Source of the DNA: Paecilomyces variotii
Taxonomy: Eukaryota
DNA length: 64,000 bases
Reading direction: 5' to 3' (one strand)
Assembly: GCA_004022145.1 (NCBI GenBank)
Contig: RCNU01000005.1
A model generated the notes under the pieces. It was not told the DNA's origin and did not search any database. It saw nothing but the letters and a program-made list of their open reading frames with translations. This document shows, piece by piece, positions 40,048-52,589 of the stretch. The position numbers and the translations under genes are program-made. Position 1 is the first letter of the stretch; every line of letters begins with the position of its first letter.

Positions 40048-41787
40048 ATGAGTGCCACCAAGGCGCAGTCGCAGAAGATCTTCGAGAAACTGAAGACAAA
40101 GCCCGCCAACAAAGTCCGCTGCCCCTTGCCCGGTCTGTTATTACACATTAGCGGCACTTGCTAACAGCTGGCAGATATGCTTTGACTGTGGCGCGAAGAA
40201 CCCGACGTGGTCGTCTGTCCCCTTTGGAATATATCTCTGCCTGGACTGTTCGGCAAACCATCGTAACTTGGGTGTCCACATCTCGTTTGTCCGATCCACC
40301 AACCTTGACCGTATGGATACAACTGTCCGTTCATGAATAGCAACGAATGCTGATACGTGTGCTTTAGAATGGCAATGGGAACAGCTACGCCTCATGAAAG
40401 TTGGTGGAAATGAATCCGCCACCAAATACTTCCAGTCGCATGGTGGTTCCGCTGCGCTCGCAAGCAAGGACTCCAAAGTGAAGTACACCTCCAGCGCGGC
40501 GACCAAGTACAAGGAAGAGTTGAAGAGAAGGGCCGTTCTGGATGCGCAAGAGTGGGTGTTATGATATGGATGTACGGAAAGCAGTCTGCTAACGGGAACA
40601 AAGGTACCCAAATGAAGTTGTGATCACGGACGTCGCGGCCGCTAGCGAGGTGTCATCGAAAGACGGTGCTGATGACGACGATTTCTTCTCCTCGTGGGAT
40701 AAGCCTGCCATCAAGAGACCCAGCAATCCTCCCTCCCGAACAGGCACTCCGCCAGTCGTCAGTCGGACCTCGTCTCCTTTCCTCACCACCGGTGCCAACG
40801 GTAATGGTTCGCGGCCGAAATCTCCCCTGACAGGCTCAGACAGTGCTTTGCCTCCCCCGACCGCAGTTAAGACGGGATCTGCCATTCGGAAAGCACCTTC
40901 CTCTGCTGGCGCGAAGAAAGGAAGTGTTCTCGGTGCCAAGAAGACCCAGAAACTGGGAGCAAAGAAGATTGTGGGCGCTGATGCGATTGATTTCGAGGAG
41001 GCTGAAAGAAAGGCAAAGGAGGAAGCTGAGCGGATCGAGAAGCTTGGCTACGATCCAGAAGCTGAACAGGCGGAAGCTGAGGCAAAGACAAAGGCAGCAG
41101 CCCCAGCTGCGAAGCTGGCTTCTCCTGCCCCGGTCAGCCCTAGTAGAAGCGTCAGTTCGGCTAGCAGGAGTCATGAGCGCAGCGCAAGCGAGGTGGAGCG
41201 CCTCGGTATGGGCATGTCACGTTTGGGTTTTGGACAAGTGAGCGCGAAAGCCGCTCCAAAGAAGCCAGGCTTTGGTGCCGTTGCCCCGGCTAAGTCTCCG
41301 GTTGATGGTATGTCAGATGCTATATCTTGCAATCGACTGTACTAATAACATTCCTTGCAGAGGAGGAACTGGAAGCTACCCGTGCCAAGTTCGGCAACCA
41401 GAAGGGTATCTCCTCTGACGAGTTCTTTGGACGGGAGAAGTTCGACCCGGCTGCCCAGGCTGAAGCCAAGTCCCGTCTCCAGAACTTCGAGGGCGCCACG
41501 GCTATCTCCAGCAATGCGTACTTCGGCCGACCCGAAGACGATCTCCCCGCTGTGGATGACTATGGCGATCTGGAGACTGCGGCGAAAGACTTCGTTCGAC
41601 GATTCGGTATGACCGCCGGCGACGATCTTGAGAATCTGACGCAGGTTCTCGGTGAAGGTGCAAGTAGGTTACAAGGCGAGTTGCCTCTTTCTCAAACATA
41701 TAATTGGATCGAGGCTCCCATTTCCAGGATAAGTCGCTGACGGTTATCAATCTTCTAGGGGCCATCCGCAACTACCTCAACAGCTAA
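40048..41787 (+). CDS. GLO3: ArfGAP Glo3
   Basis: [35 protein letters not shown] zinc finger, [14 protein letters not shown] and ISSNAYFG. Confidence 0.95.
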
Positions 41788-42561
41788 ACGACTTCGCTAC
41801 CGGTTTCGACGACAACGACAAGATCTCTTTTCTACGTACGAGCATATGCGCTCCATGGCGCCAGCCAATTCTACATATCATTCTTCTCGTCTTATGCATA
41901 CTCCCCTTCAGTCAGCTGTCTTCTTTCACCCCACATTCGATATTTATCCTAGACTTTAGCATTCAAGCACACGTTTGGCAGAGCCGGCGATCCTCATAGG
42001 TCTGGACTGAAATGGCCGAAATGCGTTTGTGCTGCGTTTGTACCAAGGAAGATGGATCTCTATTTGTGCTTCACGAATGCTGGATACTTCGATTCTGTTT
42101 CTCGATACTACTACTACTACTTATTTACCATTATCTTCGAGGAGTTTGTGTTAGAAAAATGAATAATATCTTGATAAAAGCGTATTGCGTTCAGTCCTCA
42201 CTCTAGTGTCCTTACGGCAAAGCAGGTGCGTACGCAAAAGCCAACTGCCCTGTATAGTTATACAAATACAGCCGCGCGCCAAGGTAGGCAATTTGGAAGA
42301 TCAAGAATACGTTCTGCCAGCGAATTCCCCACTAGAAAGAAATCATACGACGCCTAAAGGCGGTTGGTTGGTTGCTGGTATCACCCTTATTCCAGTTCTT
42401 CAAAAATAGAACCTGAAGCTAAAACTACTACTATGCATGCCATGACAAGAACCTCCTAATTGAAGAATAACTGGAATTTAAAAAAAAAAAACCAAACCAA
42501 AAGCAAATGCAGAGGAGCGAAGGGGAGCGGCCGTATCAAAACATATAAAAGAACATAACAT

Positions 42562-43873
42562 CTAAAGCTTAGCAATCATCTTGTTGCCTTTCTGTAGCCA
42601 AGCAACGGCGTCGTTGACCAGTTCGTCAACGATGGCCTTAGCGGGCTTCTTCTCGTTGACGACGGCGGCAGCCTTGCCCATTAGGTAGGGACGGGCGTTG
42701 TCGAGAGTATCGTCGTCAACGTCATCGGGGAGGTTCTCCATGTCGTACTCGACGGGGATGATGCCCTTGGCGGTGAGCTCCTTGATTTCGTTTTGGCGGT
42801 TCTCTTCCCAGTTCTGGATGTATGCGTTGTTGCGGACACGGAGGGGACGACCCTGAGGCGGGGAATTAGTACTGTTCATAGTAGTAAAGTGGTGAGGATT
42901 TAAGGGAGAGATGTAGAGCGTACCGTGAAGATGATAGTGCGAACATTGTCATCAAATCCAGCGGTGCGGACAGCCTCCTGGTGAGCCTCGGGCGCACCAG
43001 CCTCATCAGAGAGGATGAAACGAGTACCGATCCAGACGGCAGAAGCGCCTAACATCAGAGCAGCAGCAACGGACTGGCCGCTGAACAGACCACCGGCAGC
43101 AATGACCTGCACGGGCTGACCGGTCAGAGGGCTCTTCTTGCCCTGGACCAGCTTGGCGACAGCAGGGATGAGGACAGTGGTGGGAACATCACCAGTGTGA
43201 CCACCACCTTCTCCACCCTGGGCGCAGATAATGTCGGCTCCGGCATCGAGGGCCTTCTGAACGTGCTTGGGGTGGCCGATCATGTTCATGTAGAGAATGC
43301 CAGCCTTGTGTAGCTTCTCAACGACGGGCTTGGGAGCGACTCCGACGGCGGAAACAAAGAGCTTAGCACCACTCTCGATGATGATATCAACAAGCTCATT
43401 CAGCTTTCCCTTGGTGTAATCATAACTATCGGGAAGAAAGTCACATTAGCACTGTATACTACCCACGCTTCATCGTATGGATAGAGCTATCTCTTACTTG
43501 GTCTTTCGGGCACTTCCTCCGACCTGGGGGAGAAGGAGATCGACTCCGAACGGAGCATTCTTGTCGTTAAGGAAGCTCTTGAGTTCAGCGATCTGTTCCT
43601 TTAGCATCTCGGGGGTGTAGCCAACACCACCAATGACACCAAGACCACCCGCATTGGTGACCGCTGCGGCGAGCTTAGGACCAGCAGCAACGTTCATACC
43701 CGCCAGCAAGACGGGGTGGTTGATCTTCAGGAGATCAGTCACTGGAGTGCGGATTTTCTCTGTCAGATAAAGCTGTCAGCACAGTTGTCATCGTCTCAGG
43801 TTCGTTGCGAACTAGCGAAAACCGCAAAGGTGATCCAGTTGCGTCACAGGGAATACTCACGAGGAGAAGCCAT
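42562..43873 (-). CDS. Nitronate monooxygenase / 2-nitropropane dioxygenase family
   Basis: HPVLLAGM, GGLGVIGG, QGGEGGGHTG, IAAGG, WIGTRF. Confidence 0.92.
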
Positions 43874-44521
43874 GGTTGTTTTCTTTTAATTTCTAACCAA
43901 CTGTTTCTCAGAAAGAGATACGAGACGAGATGAACCGTTTGTACCAAATAAAATAAAGCAGCGCAGCAAGAGCACGGGAGGGAGAGGGATTGATTATTGA
44001 ACAGTAAGACACCGTAGCAATTGACCGTGAGCCTCGGTATATTTGCGGAGTAGCTCTGGCACGCGGGAACTGCTTTAGCCGGCCTGTGAGTGTGGGGTTA
44101 GACTACGGGTAGATAGTCTGGTACCTGGTGGGTACTTGATCGCGCTGCGTGTTTCCGCTGTGTTTTGCAGTACTGCTGGCGTACTTACTCTGCGCATCAT
44201 ACCACTGCGAGCTATCCAAGTCCCGAAGCGATCAGACGGGCTGTTCTGCGGTATAGTATTGATACGTTACTAAGTACTACATAATAGAACAAACGCTTGC
44301 TCCAGCTACACCATGTGAACCCTACCCACATATATGCCGCCTTGTTAGATCCGAATGTTCATCTCATCAATTCGAGAATTCGTATGGTAGTCAACAAGGT
44401 CAGGTCATGTGACTTCGCGACAGACGCAAAAAGAAAAGTGGCGGCTCGTGCGACTCGTGACGCATTCGCCGCCACAGTCGATCTGCTCGAGTAAGATCGA
44501 GATGTCTTTTCGGCGCCAGCC

Positions 44522-46524
44522 ATGAAAGGTAGAATAACGAGCCGCTGGACTTCCGGCGCAGAGTGGTCGTCCTACCTGAATTCAACGTCCAACGTCTCGA
44601 TCTTCGCAGGCCCAGTGCGACGAGACACGCCCATCAGACCTTTTTCGATTCTCTTGAGCAGGGGCTTTTCTAGTACTCCCAGTAAGAAGCAGACCTTGTG
44701 AGAAGCTACTTGAAGATCTGTTATCTTTTTGGTCCTCTTCTGACGTTGCTAGTAGTAATCTCTCGGCGCCAATCAGTTTGGGTAAGTCTTTGATATAATT
44801 GTTAGCGTAATAGCTTCTGTAGCTGCCCGTCTTGACCGGAGGCGACAAACATCAGTGAGATCCGTGCTGATTGCCCTGCAGGTCGGATCTCCCAGGCTGA
44901 TGGGTTCTGTCAACCATTGAATAGAGTGTCTGTCAGGAATGGCAAATATCACGCTCAGTGTCCCTCAGTCAGGTATTTCTCTTGTTCAAAGGTTCCTATG
45001 AGAGAGAATCGGTCCAAGTCAACAATGCCTCTCACGAACGGGAGTCAATCCCACCGGGCTTTCATTGCTCTAGGGAGCAACGTTGGTGATCGTATTGAAA
45101 CGATTGAAAAGGCACTTCTCGAACTGGACCGGGCCGGTATCAGAGTAAAAAGAACCAGTTCTCTGTTCGAGACCGCACCTATGTATGTCCTTGACCAGGA
45201 GCCATTTATTAATGGTGTTTGCGAGGTGCGTCGAGGAACTCTACTTTCTCGCATTCATTGCTCATTTAGCATTCTCAGGTTGAAACAACCATGGAGCCAA
45301 TCGAACTTTTGGATACGCTCCAAGCCATTGAGACGGGCCTGGGGCGCTACAAGACGATTGACAAGGGGCCACGGTCTATCGATCTCGATATTCTGCTGTA
45401 TGGCAATGACATCGTATCCCATCCGCGTCTCAAGATCCCCCACGCCTTGATGCTGGAGCGGGAGTTCGTCCTTAGACCACTCTGCCAGTACGGCTGCACT
45501 CTTCTGGAACCCTTTGGGCACGAAGATTGACATATATCCCAGGTTGATTCCTCATGAGCGACCTCCTCTCCCAGGGGAGAATTTAACTTATCTCTCCTAC
45601 CTGAACTCTCTACCTCCGTCAGAGACGCCTCCCGCTCTCACGTCGCCAATCTCCTCCTCGTTCCCATCTTTACATCCTTCGGATCCGAAGCGCCGCACTC
45701 ATGTTATGGCTATTCTGAACATGACTCCCGATTCCTTCTCCGACGGTGGATTGCATTCGCCCGATGACTTCTCTGCTTTAACTGCAACAGTGCGCAGATT
45801 CATCGCAGCTGGAGCTACCATGATTGACATTGGGGGTGAGAGCACTCGCCCTGGCTCTGCTCCTGTGGGTGAGGAAGAAGAACTAGCCCGCGTCATTCCC
45901 GCTATTCGTCACATCCGTACCTCTATCCCTGAAGCCCGCAACGTTGCTATTAGTATCGACACATACCGTGCTCGTGTGGCTGCCGAGGCTTGCGCCGCCG
46001 GTGCAGATATCATCAACGATATCTCCGCGGGAACTCTAGATCCTGAGATGCTACCTACAATGGCCAAGACTGGCAAGTCAGTTATCCTGATGCACATGCG
46101 TGGCGATCCCTCGACCATGACCAAACTGATAGACTATCCTGGGGGCATCATCCAAGGCGTAGGATCGGAACTTCTGGAGCGTGTCCGTGCCGCTGAAAAC
46201 GCAGGCGTGCGTCGTTGGCGCATTATTCTCGACCCAGGGGTCGGATTTGCGAAGAACCAATCCCAGAACCTCACGTTGCTCCGAGACATGCAACAACTGA
46301 GAACCAACGTCGAAGGACTGGAATGCTTTCCTTGGCTCGTAGGTACGAGTCGGAAGGGATTCATTGGGCGGATCACCGGTGTGGAAAAGGCCAGCGACCG
46401 AGGATGGGGCACAGCTGCCGCAGTCACTGCCAGCGTCGCAAGCGGCGCAGATATTGCGCGAGTACATGATGTCCCAGAGATGTGCCAGGTGGTGAAAATG
46501 GCTGATGCCATTTACAGAGTTTAG
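44522..46524 (+). CDS. fol1: Folate synthesis protein, HPPK-DHPS bifunctional
   Basis: HPPK: IALGSNVGDR, GPRSIDLDIL, IPH. DHPS: ILNMTPDSFSDGG, DIGGESTRPG, INDISAG, LMHMRG, DPGVGF, SRKGF, RVHDV. The 5' exon from 44522 with a presequence is inferred. Confidence 0.9.
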
Positions 46525-47281
46525 ATGAATAGTCTTTATATTCTGCACTGTGCTACATATATAGAGGTTGGCTTTTGTATGAATATGTATGATGTGCATG
46601 AGATACATGTAAATAAAAAAAAAAGTTGGAGAAGTAGCTCGTCCTCTGGGCCATTTGTTACGTAGATCAAACTGATATTGACCTTTCCCGAATATATATA
46701 TATGTAATAGAGAACTTGGTAACTATCTGAGGAAAAGAACCAATGTTTTGTGATCAGACCAATCAGATCCCCTCAGATGCAGACGCCGCGTCTCTGGCCT
46801 TCTTATTCACTTATATTCAGGTAGTGCCGCAGTATAATTGCACAGAATTACCACCTGGTGCAGGAAGCAGCAGTAGGCAGGGTGAGCAGGTTGACGGTGA
46901 CTGAAAGGTCGAAATGAAATTGGACCTGTAGTGGTGCTGAGGATGCTGCCGCCGCCCTGGCGCCACGAACGGTCGATCCAGGCACCGGTCAGGGAATCAC
47001 GTGCAGCATCCGGGGTGAGTCGAGTGCGTGGAGAGAAGGAAGAAGTTACTGTGAACCACGTGGGAAAAGCGGCGTACTTGATTTCCATACTTTGGGGAAT
47101 GTAGTGATATTTAGAATGATGCAAATATACAACGGCTCTGAACCTAGTACCCTTACATCCAGGGTGATTAATGAGTGCGAAGGTGAGAATTAGAATTCAT
47201 TTGGATTAGCTACAAGGTAGATAAGGACAAATTGAGCTGCTCAGAGAGGCGGTCGCGTGTCTGTCGAACCTCAGAAGCGCG

Positions 47282-48099
47282 CTATAACTCCCACCTTCTG
47301 GCCGGGGCGCTCAGAAGAAGTCGAGCAAAAAGCTCAATGTTTGCGTTATCCTTCCGTTCGAAGCTATAGAGCTTTGACTGTCCGATAATGACTTCATCGT
47401 CCTTTATGCGAGCGTAAAATACTCGCGCGTGTTGAGGGCCGAGAAACGACAACATTAATATAGGGAATGTCTTCTCACGTTCAAAGACTAATTTGCCGTC
47501 GTATGTTTCATCCCATAGCTCGAATGCGGACTCCCATTCCTGAGGAGGAATTTTTGGCTGGTCTGCTCTGTTTCGCATAGCGCAAACCAGAGGTATCAGT
47601 TCCTCGTAGAAGATAGAATTATCTTGACCAACGCGGTCTACAGTTGTTGTCATAGTAATATGCGGCCGAGTAGGGTATCCATTCTCTTTCGGAGCCTCCA
47701 GGATTGTGTGGGTTCTCCAAAACCAAACATTTCCACTGTCTAGGCCTCCCCCCCACAGAAACGGGTCCGGATCTCTGTAAGTTCAGTCAGTGGTCATATA
47801 GCTTTTTCATTTTTGTAGACTGTACCAGCTTACTTTATGTCACTCAGATTCATGCTGAAATAGCTGTACTTGCTCCTGACCGGATTGAGAGCAAAAGAGG
47901 TTATGTATTGTAAGACTTCTGCACCACGAGCTTCCGAAGACCAGGCAAAGTTGTGATGTCCTTTAGGTCTCTCAGCTTCAGGCCTTTCAGAAGGCTCCAG
48001 GTACTTCGGAAATGGTTCTATTTTTTCTCGTAGGGGGTCTGTCCTGAACATGTTATGTCGGGGCATTGAGAATAAGAAAGGTGGATCGTCGACAGTCAT
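47282..48099 (-). CDS. Uncharacterised fungal protein (2 exons; N-terminus uncertain)
   Basis: Two ORFs join in frame via a GTAAGC..CTGAC..CAG intron (~47777-47833). C-terminal FPILMLSFLGPQHARVFYA..QSKLYSF resembles an unannotated Eurotiomycete family. The frame stays open to ~48222 without an ATG. Confidence 0.65.
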
Positions 48100-48730
48100 G
48101 GAAACACCAGTGTGAGGGTCTATCTCGAGAGGATGGACCCTGATATTGAGCCGCGTGAGAATGTCATCGCCAACAATTCCTCTTCCTTCGAGATACCGAG
48201 TTTCTCTGGATGAGCCAGAGTTTTATATAGGACATTTAGAACGTCGCGCGCCTCTTTCCTCGGCGCTGTGTTCGGCATTCTGAAGATGAGAAGCGGGGGT
48301 GAATTTGAATAGGCAAACTTGGAAGTGCAGAGCTGAAGATAATGAAAAGCCTCAAGCTCTGTTTATCTGGCTACGTGCACCGACCAAGGCCTATCATGAA
48401 AGACGACGGCGATAGCCAACAGACCCTAGAGGACAGCTATAGCCTACAGGGGACCGAGGAAGCAATAAGAATGATAGCATAAAGAGAAGTTCTTAGATGG
48501 TGGTGCGAAAGATCGAGTGAGTCGAAAAAGAGAAGTGAGTTGAAAAAAGAGAAGTGAGATGTAACACTGAGTCATTGTGGTATTCACCCAAGGCAGCAGG
48601 GCGGTAAGTTGTCCCAGGTCACTATGATACGAGAAGACGAGATAGTTCCGGATTGTCGCTATGTACAGTACCATAGGGTCGCGGCGGGTGCCTGTTGATT
48701 GTCGAATCACGTGCAGGGTCCAGGCAACTA

Positions 48731-49175
48731 GCGAGCTCACGTAAGCAAGACGTACCGACGAGATCTACATATCAATTTTCGAATACAACAGAACTTAGAA
48801 AAGACATCTCAATGGAAATATGGTAATGAACGCTAGCTATGCAAAAACAAACAGATTTGGCCTTTACCGACTTTGCAATCGCTCCGAGATAACTGAGGTT
48901 GCGAAGATTATTATTGCCATAATGCTTTATGTCTAGAGGTCTCAAGTGCACTCAAGCACTTGTGACTTTCTAGTCTGTAAAGTATTATGGCAATAATAAT
49001 CTTCGCAACCTCGGTCATCTCAGCGCGATTGCCAAGTTGGTATGGGCCGAATCTGTTCATCTTTGCGTGGCTGGCATTCGTTACTATACCTCTATCAAGA
49101 TATCTTTTCCAAGTCCTATTGTACTCGAAAATTGAGACGTAGATCTCGTCTCCGTCTTGCGAGACGAGAGCTCGC
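48731..49175. repeat. Long inverted repeat: arms 48731-48949 and 48956-49175, 6-nt loop
   Basis: Arms align at roughly 80% by hand, including a perfect 29-bp block GAGGTTGCGAAGATTATTATTGCCATAAT. Differences are mostly transitions. Confidence 0.95.
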
Positions 49176-49948
49176 CTTATTCCATTAGATAGATTTCCTC
49201 ACAAGGTAGCATGGAGTGGTACTTACCAGCGCCTGGGCACCGCGTCAGGATACTCCTTAATGGAGGCGATGACCTGAGCGGTTTCCTGCTTCTCCACTTG
49301 GGGAGTATGCCTGTCCCTCGGGCCTACCTTGCATTCCATAAATGCGACGATCTGGTTGCCTATGACCAGTTGATACTGGCCATCAGTGACGGCCGTAAAG
49401 GCTCGTCTCTGTCCCCCGTGGACCCCAAAGTTGGCCTCCAGAGAGATTCCCTGGGCGTTCCATTGGCCGCTGAGCGGCGCAGCCAACATTGCCAAGGCTT
49501 GCAGGAACGAAACCAAGGAGGTGTTTACGGCCGCCTCCGACCTTCTGGTCAACTTTGACCTCCCTCTATAAACTGCAGCAATTGCTTGCTGCTGTTGTGC
49601 CAATAGCACCTTAAACAAAGTATTCAAGGTCCATTGGGCAAAATGCCCGGGGCCCAAGATACCTGCTCCAACTCTCTGGGCATATTCTTGAAAATTTTGG
49701 TTGGTAACCAAGAGACCAGCTTGCTGGTAAGAAGGGGCAAGCCCAAAAATGGCCGGAGTGAATATTTTTCTTGTCCTCGGAAAAATTGTACGAAATAGGA
49801 GAAATTGCTCCTCTGTAATATCGGAGCCTGACCGCATATTCGTACATTGGATTAGAGACATGCCGGCCACATTGTACTGGCGGGCTTCAGCTTCCCAGGC
49901 CGCCACAGTCGCCGGCAGACGAAGAGAGGAGTTGGTGCTTGAGGCCAT
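48911..49948 (-). CDS. Uncharacterised protein with PD-(D/E)xK-like motif; exons 49948-49227 and 49175-48911
   Basis: TDG..(x12)..MECK...QETAQ. Intron 49226-49176 (GTAAGT..CTAAT..AAG). Exon 2 reads WRALVSQDGDEIYVSIFEY..RFGPY and runs through the hairpin loop to TAA at 48913-48911. Confidence 0.8.
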
Positions 49949-50099
49949 GGTGGATAGTGAGGAGGGCGAGAATGAGCTTGTGGAAAGAGGGTGGGAGCTG
50001 GACTGATACGTGTTTAGGGAAACAGTAGTTGTTTATATTTAGGAGTCCTTTGTGTTATAGACTAAGACCTGCTAGACACGACTGATACACAACAGGAAT

Positions 50100-51550
50100 A
50101 GGCGCCTCTTCGTCATTCCTGCTGGAGGGGATTGTCCCAATTATGTTCTCAATGCTTGTCCTTATTATTATCCGAGATATAATTAGGTTATGCTCTTTCT
50201 ATCTTTTTGCTTCCTCTAAAACAAATGAATATCGCAATGTAATTTGCAAGGATATCAGTACCGAGGTATCTCTTCTTTCCAAACATATCCAGCCAGCGCC
50301 TCTAGGGCCTGATAACTATCCAAACAAAAGAAACCAAATAGAACGGGAGCAGTTAACCGGCATGGGATCAGAAATAGTACAATGGCAATCAAAAGTTTAA
50401 AAGAAAAAAGGCCTCGGGGATTAAGATTCCACCACAACGGCCAATGCGTAATATCCTCCACCGTGTACTTATACAAACGCTAGATCACCGCGCAGACTCC
50501 CCATAATAGTCCAATAAATACTGTTGGTGTCCTTAACACTAATGAGCCGTTATTCCTCATTCTCAGCCAATCTCTATTATTGGTCACTATAGTTGTTAGG
50601 ATTATTATTATGTCTATATCCGCCCGTCCGCATTAAACTTATATGTTATACTTAACTCTTTATTGAATCCGATTCCCCTATATACTTAATTTCTATTATA
50701 TCTACCCTCTTTGGTGCATCCATAGAGGCCGTCCAAGTATATATAATAGGGTATACCTTATACCACCAGCACTGGCCATTTAGCTATTTGCACTTATTAA
50801 TTAAATTGTAATAGTCCTCTGAACCCGTTAGAGAGTCTCCGGACTCCTGACAATGGTTACTTACCAGGCTACCTTAGCCCAGACTGCCCTGGCTCCAGAA
50901 GCGAGGAAGAGGTGTAATAATTTCACTGTACTTTTTGGCGAAGTTGGGTTGGCTACCTTATTTCTGCGCGTTTAATATCTGGGATAGTGGCCATACCTAG
51001 GCGGAATACCAAATATTATTGGTATAGATTAAACCCAATATTACCATTAAGATAGGCCGTGGAGGTAACTATCGGATCTCATCCATATATATAGAGATTA
51101 ATCCAGCTATCTCCACATTACTTAATATCCTCCGTACTTTCTTAAGCGCTTATAAACCCAACAATATCTTACTATTTAAATAAGCTAAAAATATTGGGCT
51201 ATTAGAGTTTCTACTCTTTACATAACTATAAATAAATACTTTAAGTAATTTACTTTTGGAAAGAATAGAGCTGCTTGGATTAATAGGCCTCAGACTAAAA
51301 TATTTTGGGTAATTATATACTCTTAAAAAGTAACTATACCTGCTTTGGGGCGGTTTAGGAAAGAATGGTATTATATTCTTAATACTAATATTATTACTCT
51401 AAAATTGTAAGGAACTCCTAGGCGCCAGCCAGTTCCTAGAAACCCTTCAGCCAAAAAGACTACACAAAGTAATAGCCGCTGGGCTATTACGGGCTGGCAC
51501 CCCTTATAAGCTTTAACTGAACCCCTCGAGACCGCGCTTCTTACAAAAGA
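50100..51550. pseudogene. Partially RIP-mutated relic, identity unknown
   Basis: Local TpA enrichment and stop-rich, coding-like sequence; no long ORF. Confidence 0.4.
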
Positions 51551-52589
51551 ATCAGAAAACCAGATGTAAGGACGGGACGCGCGTAGCGCGGCCTAAGTGC
51601 TTGTTGAAATACAGACTTGGAGTTCTACGCGTGATGAAAATCTCGATTCCTCCTATTTTTAGGAGATAAATATGGAGTGAAATTTCCCCCGTACTCAAAC
51701 AAACAAGGAATAGATAGATATCTAGGCCACGTGCAGCGGAGGTGTCCGGCTTCAGGGCCTGCCATCCGCCATGCTCCGTACACCCCAATATCAGCCCCCC
51801 GTCCACATTGACGATCAATATTCTTTGTCTCTCAGAGTGTATCCTGGACTACGAGGTTTCTAGCACGAGAGGAACCTCTAGATGAACAATCCTCCACGTC
51901 GAAACGCGGACGATCTCGAGATCTGGTGCTGCAGGCGATCATCCCCACGAGTCATCCCCCACGAGGTTATCCTTGCAGCTCCTTTGGGATGTTCACATCT
52001 CCAATATCCAAGCTGAAACTGAATAAACTCGGTCCTTATCTTCTCGAAGTCGATTTAGACTATGCAGACGTGAGTTTCCGCGGCCATCCCCCTGCTGCGG
52101 ATTTCTCAACCCTTGCGGGACCCGGGGAGCCCCGGATTGTATCCACAAAATGCTAATCTTGACTTTAGAGTACTTACAGATCCTAGCTTTATCCTCGTTC
52201 TTTGTCAATTATACCATAATTGCAGGCTCACCAGTGGACAACCCGGATGATGCACTCACTACCTGCTTGTTTCAGTAATGATGGGACGGCCCGGGCGCAA
52301 AAGATTTGTGCAACGCGGTCAATAATGCGTTGCACAGTACTTACAAGGCTGTTAAGGAAGCATGGAATCTGGTTTCATGTTATGATATGGTAAAATGAAT
52401 ATGGGAACTCTAGGAGCAATCAATTCAGCAGCAATATGACGCAGCGTCGCATACAGAGTTGAGAGCATTGAGAGCATTGGCCCCCAAAGCGATCGATTCC
52501 TAAGCTGTTCAAGAGTGATGTTACTTCGGAGCTCGCCGTGCCTGTTAGGCCTGTTAGCGATGTGCACCACGGCAAGAATGCGACATGGC

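Noticed and set aside
52306-52336. Short hairpin TGTGCAACGC..GCGTTGCACA
   Set aside because: 10-bp arms with no supporting context; plausible by chance.
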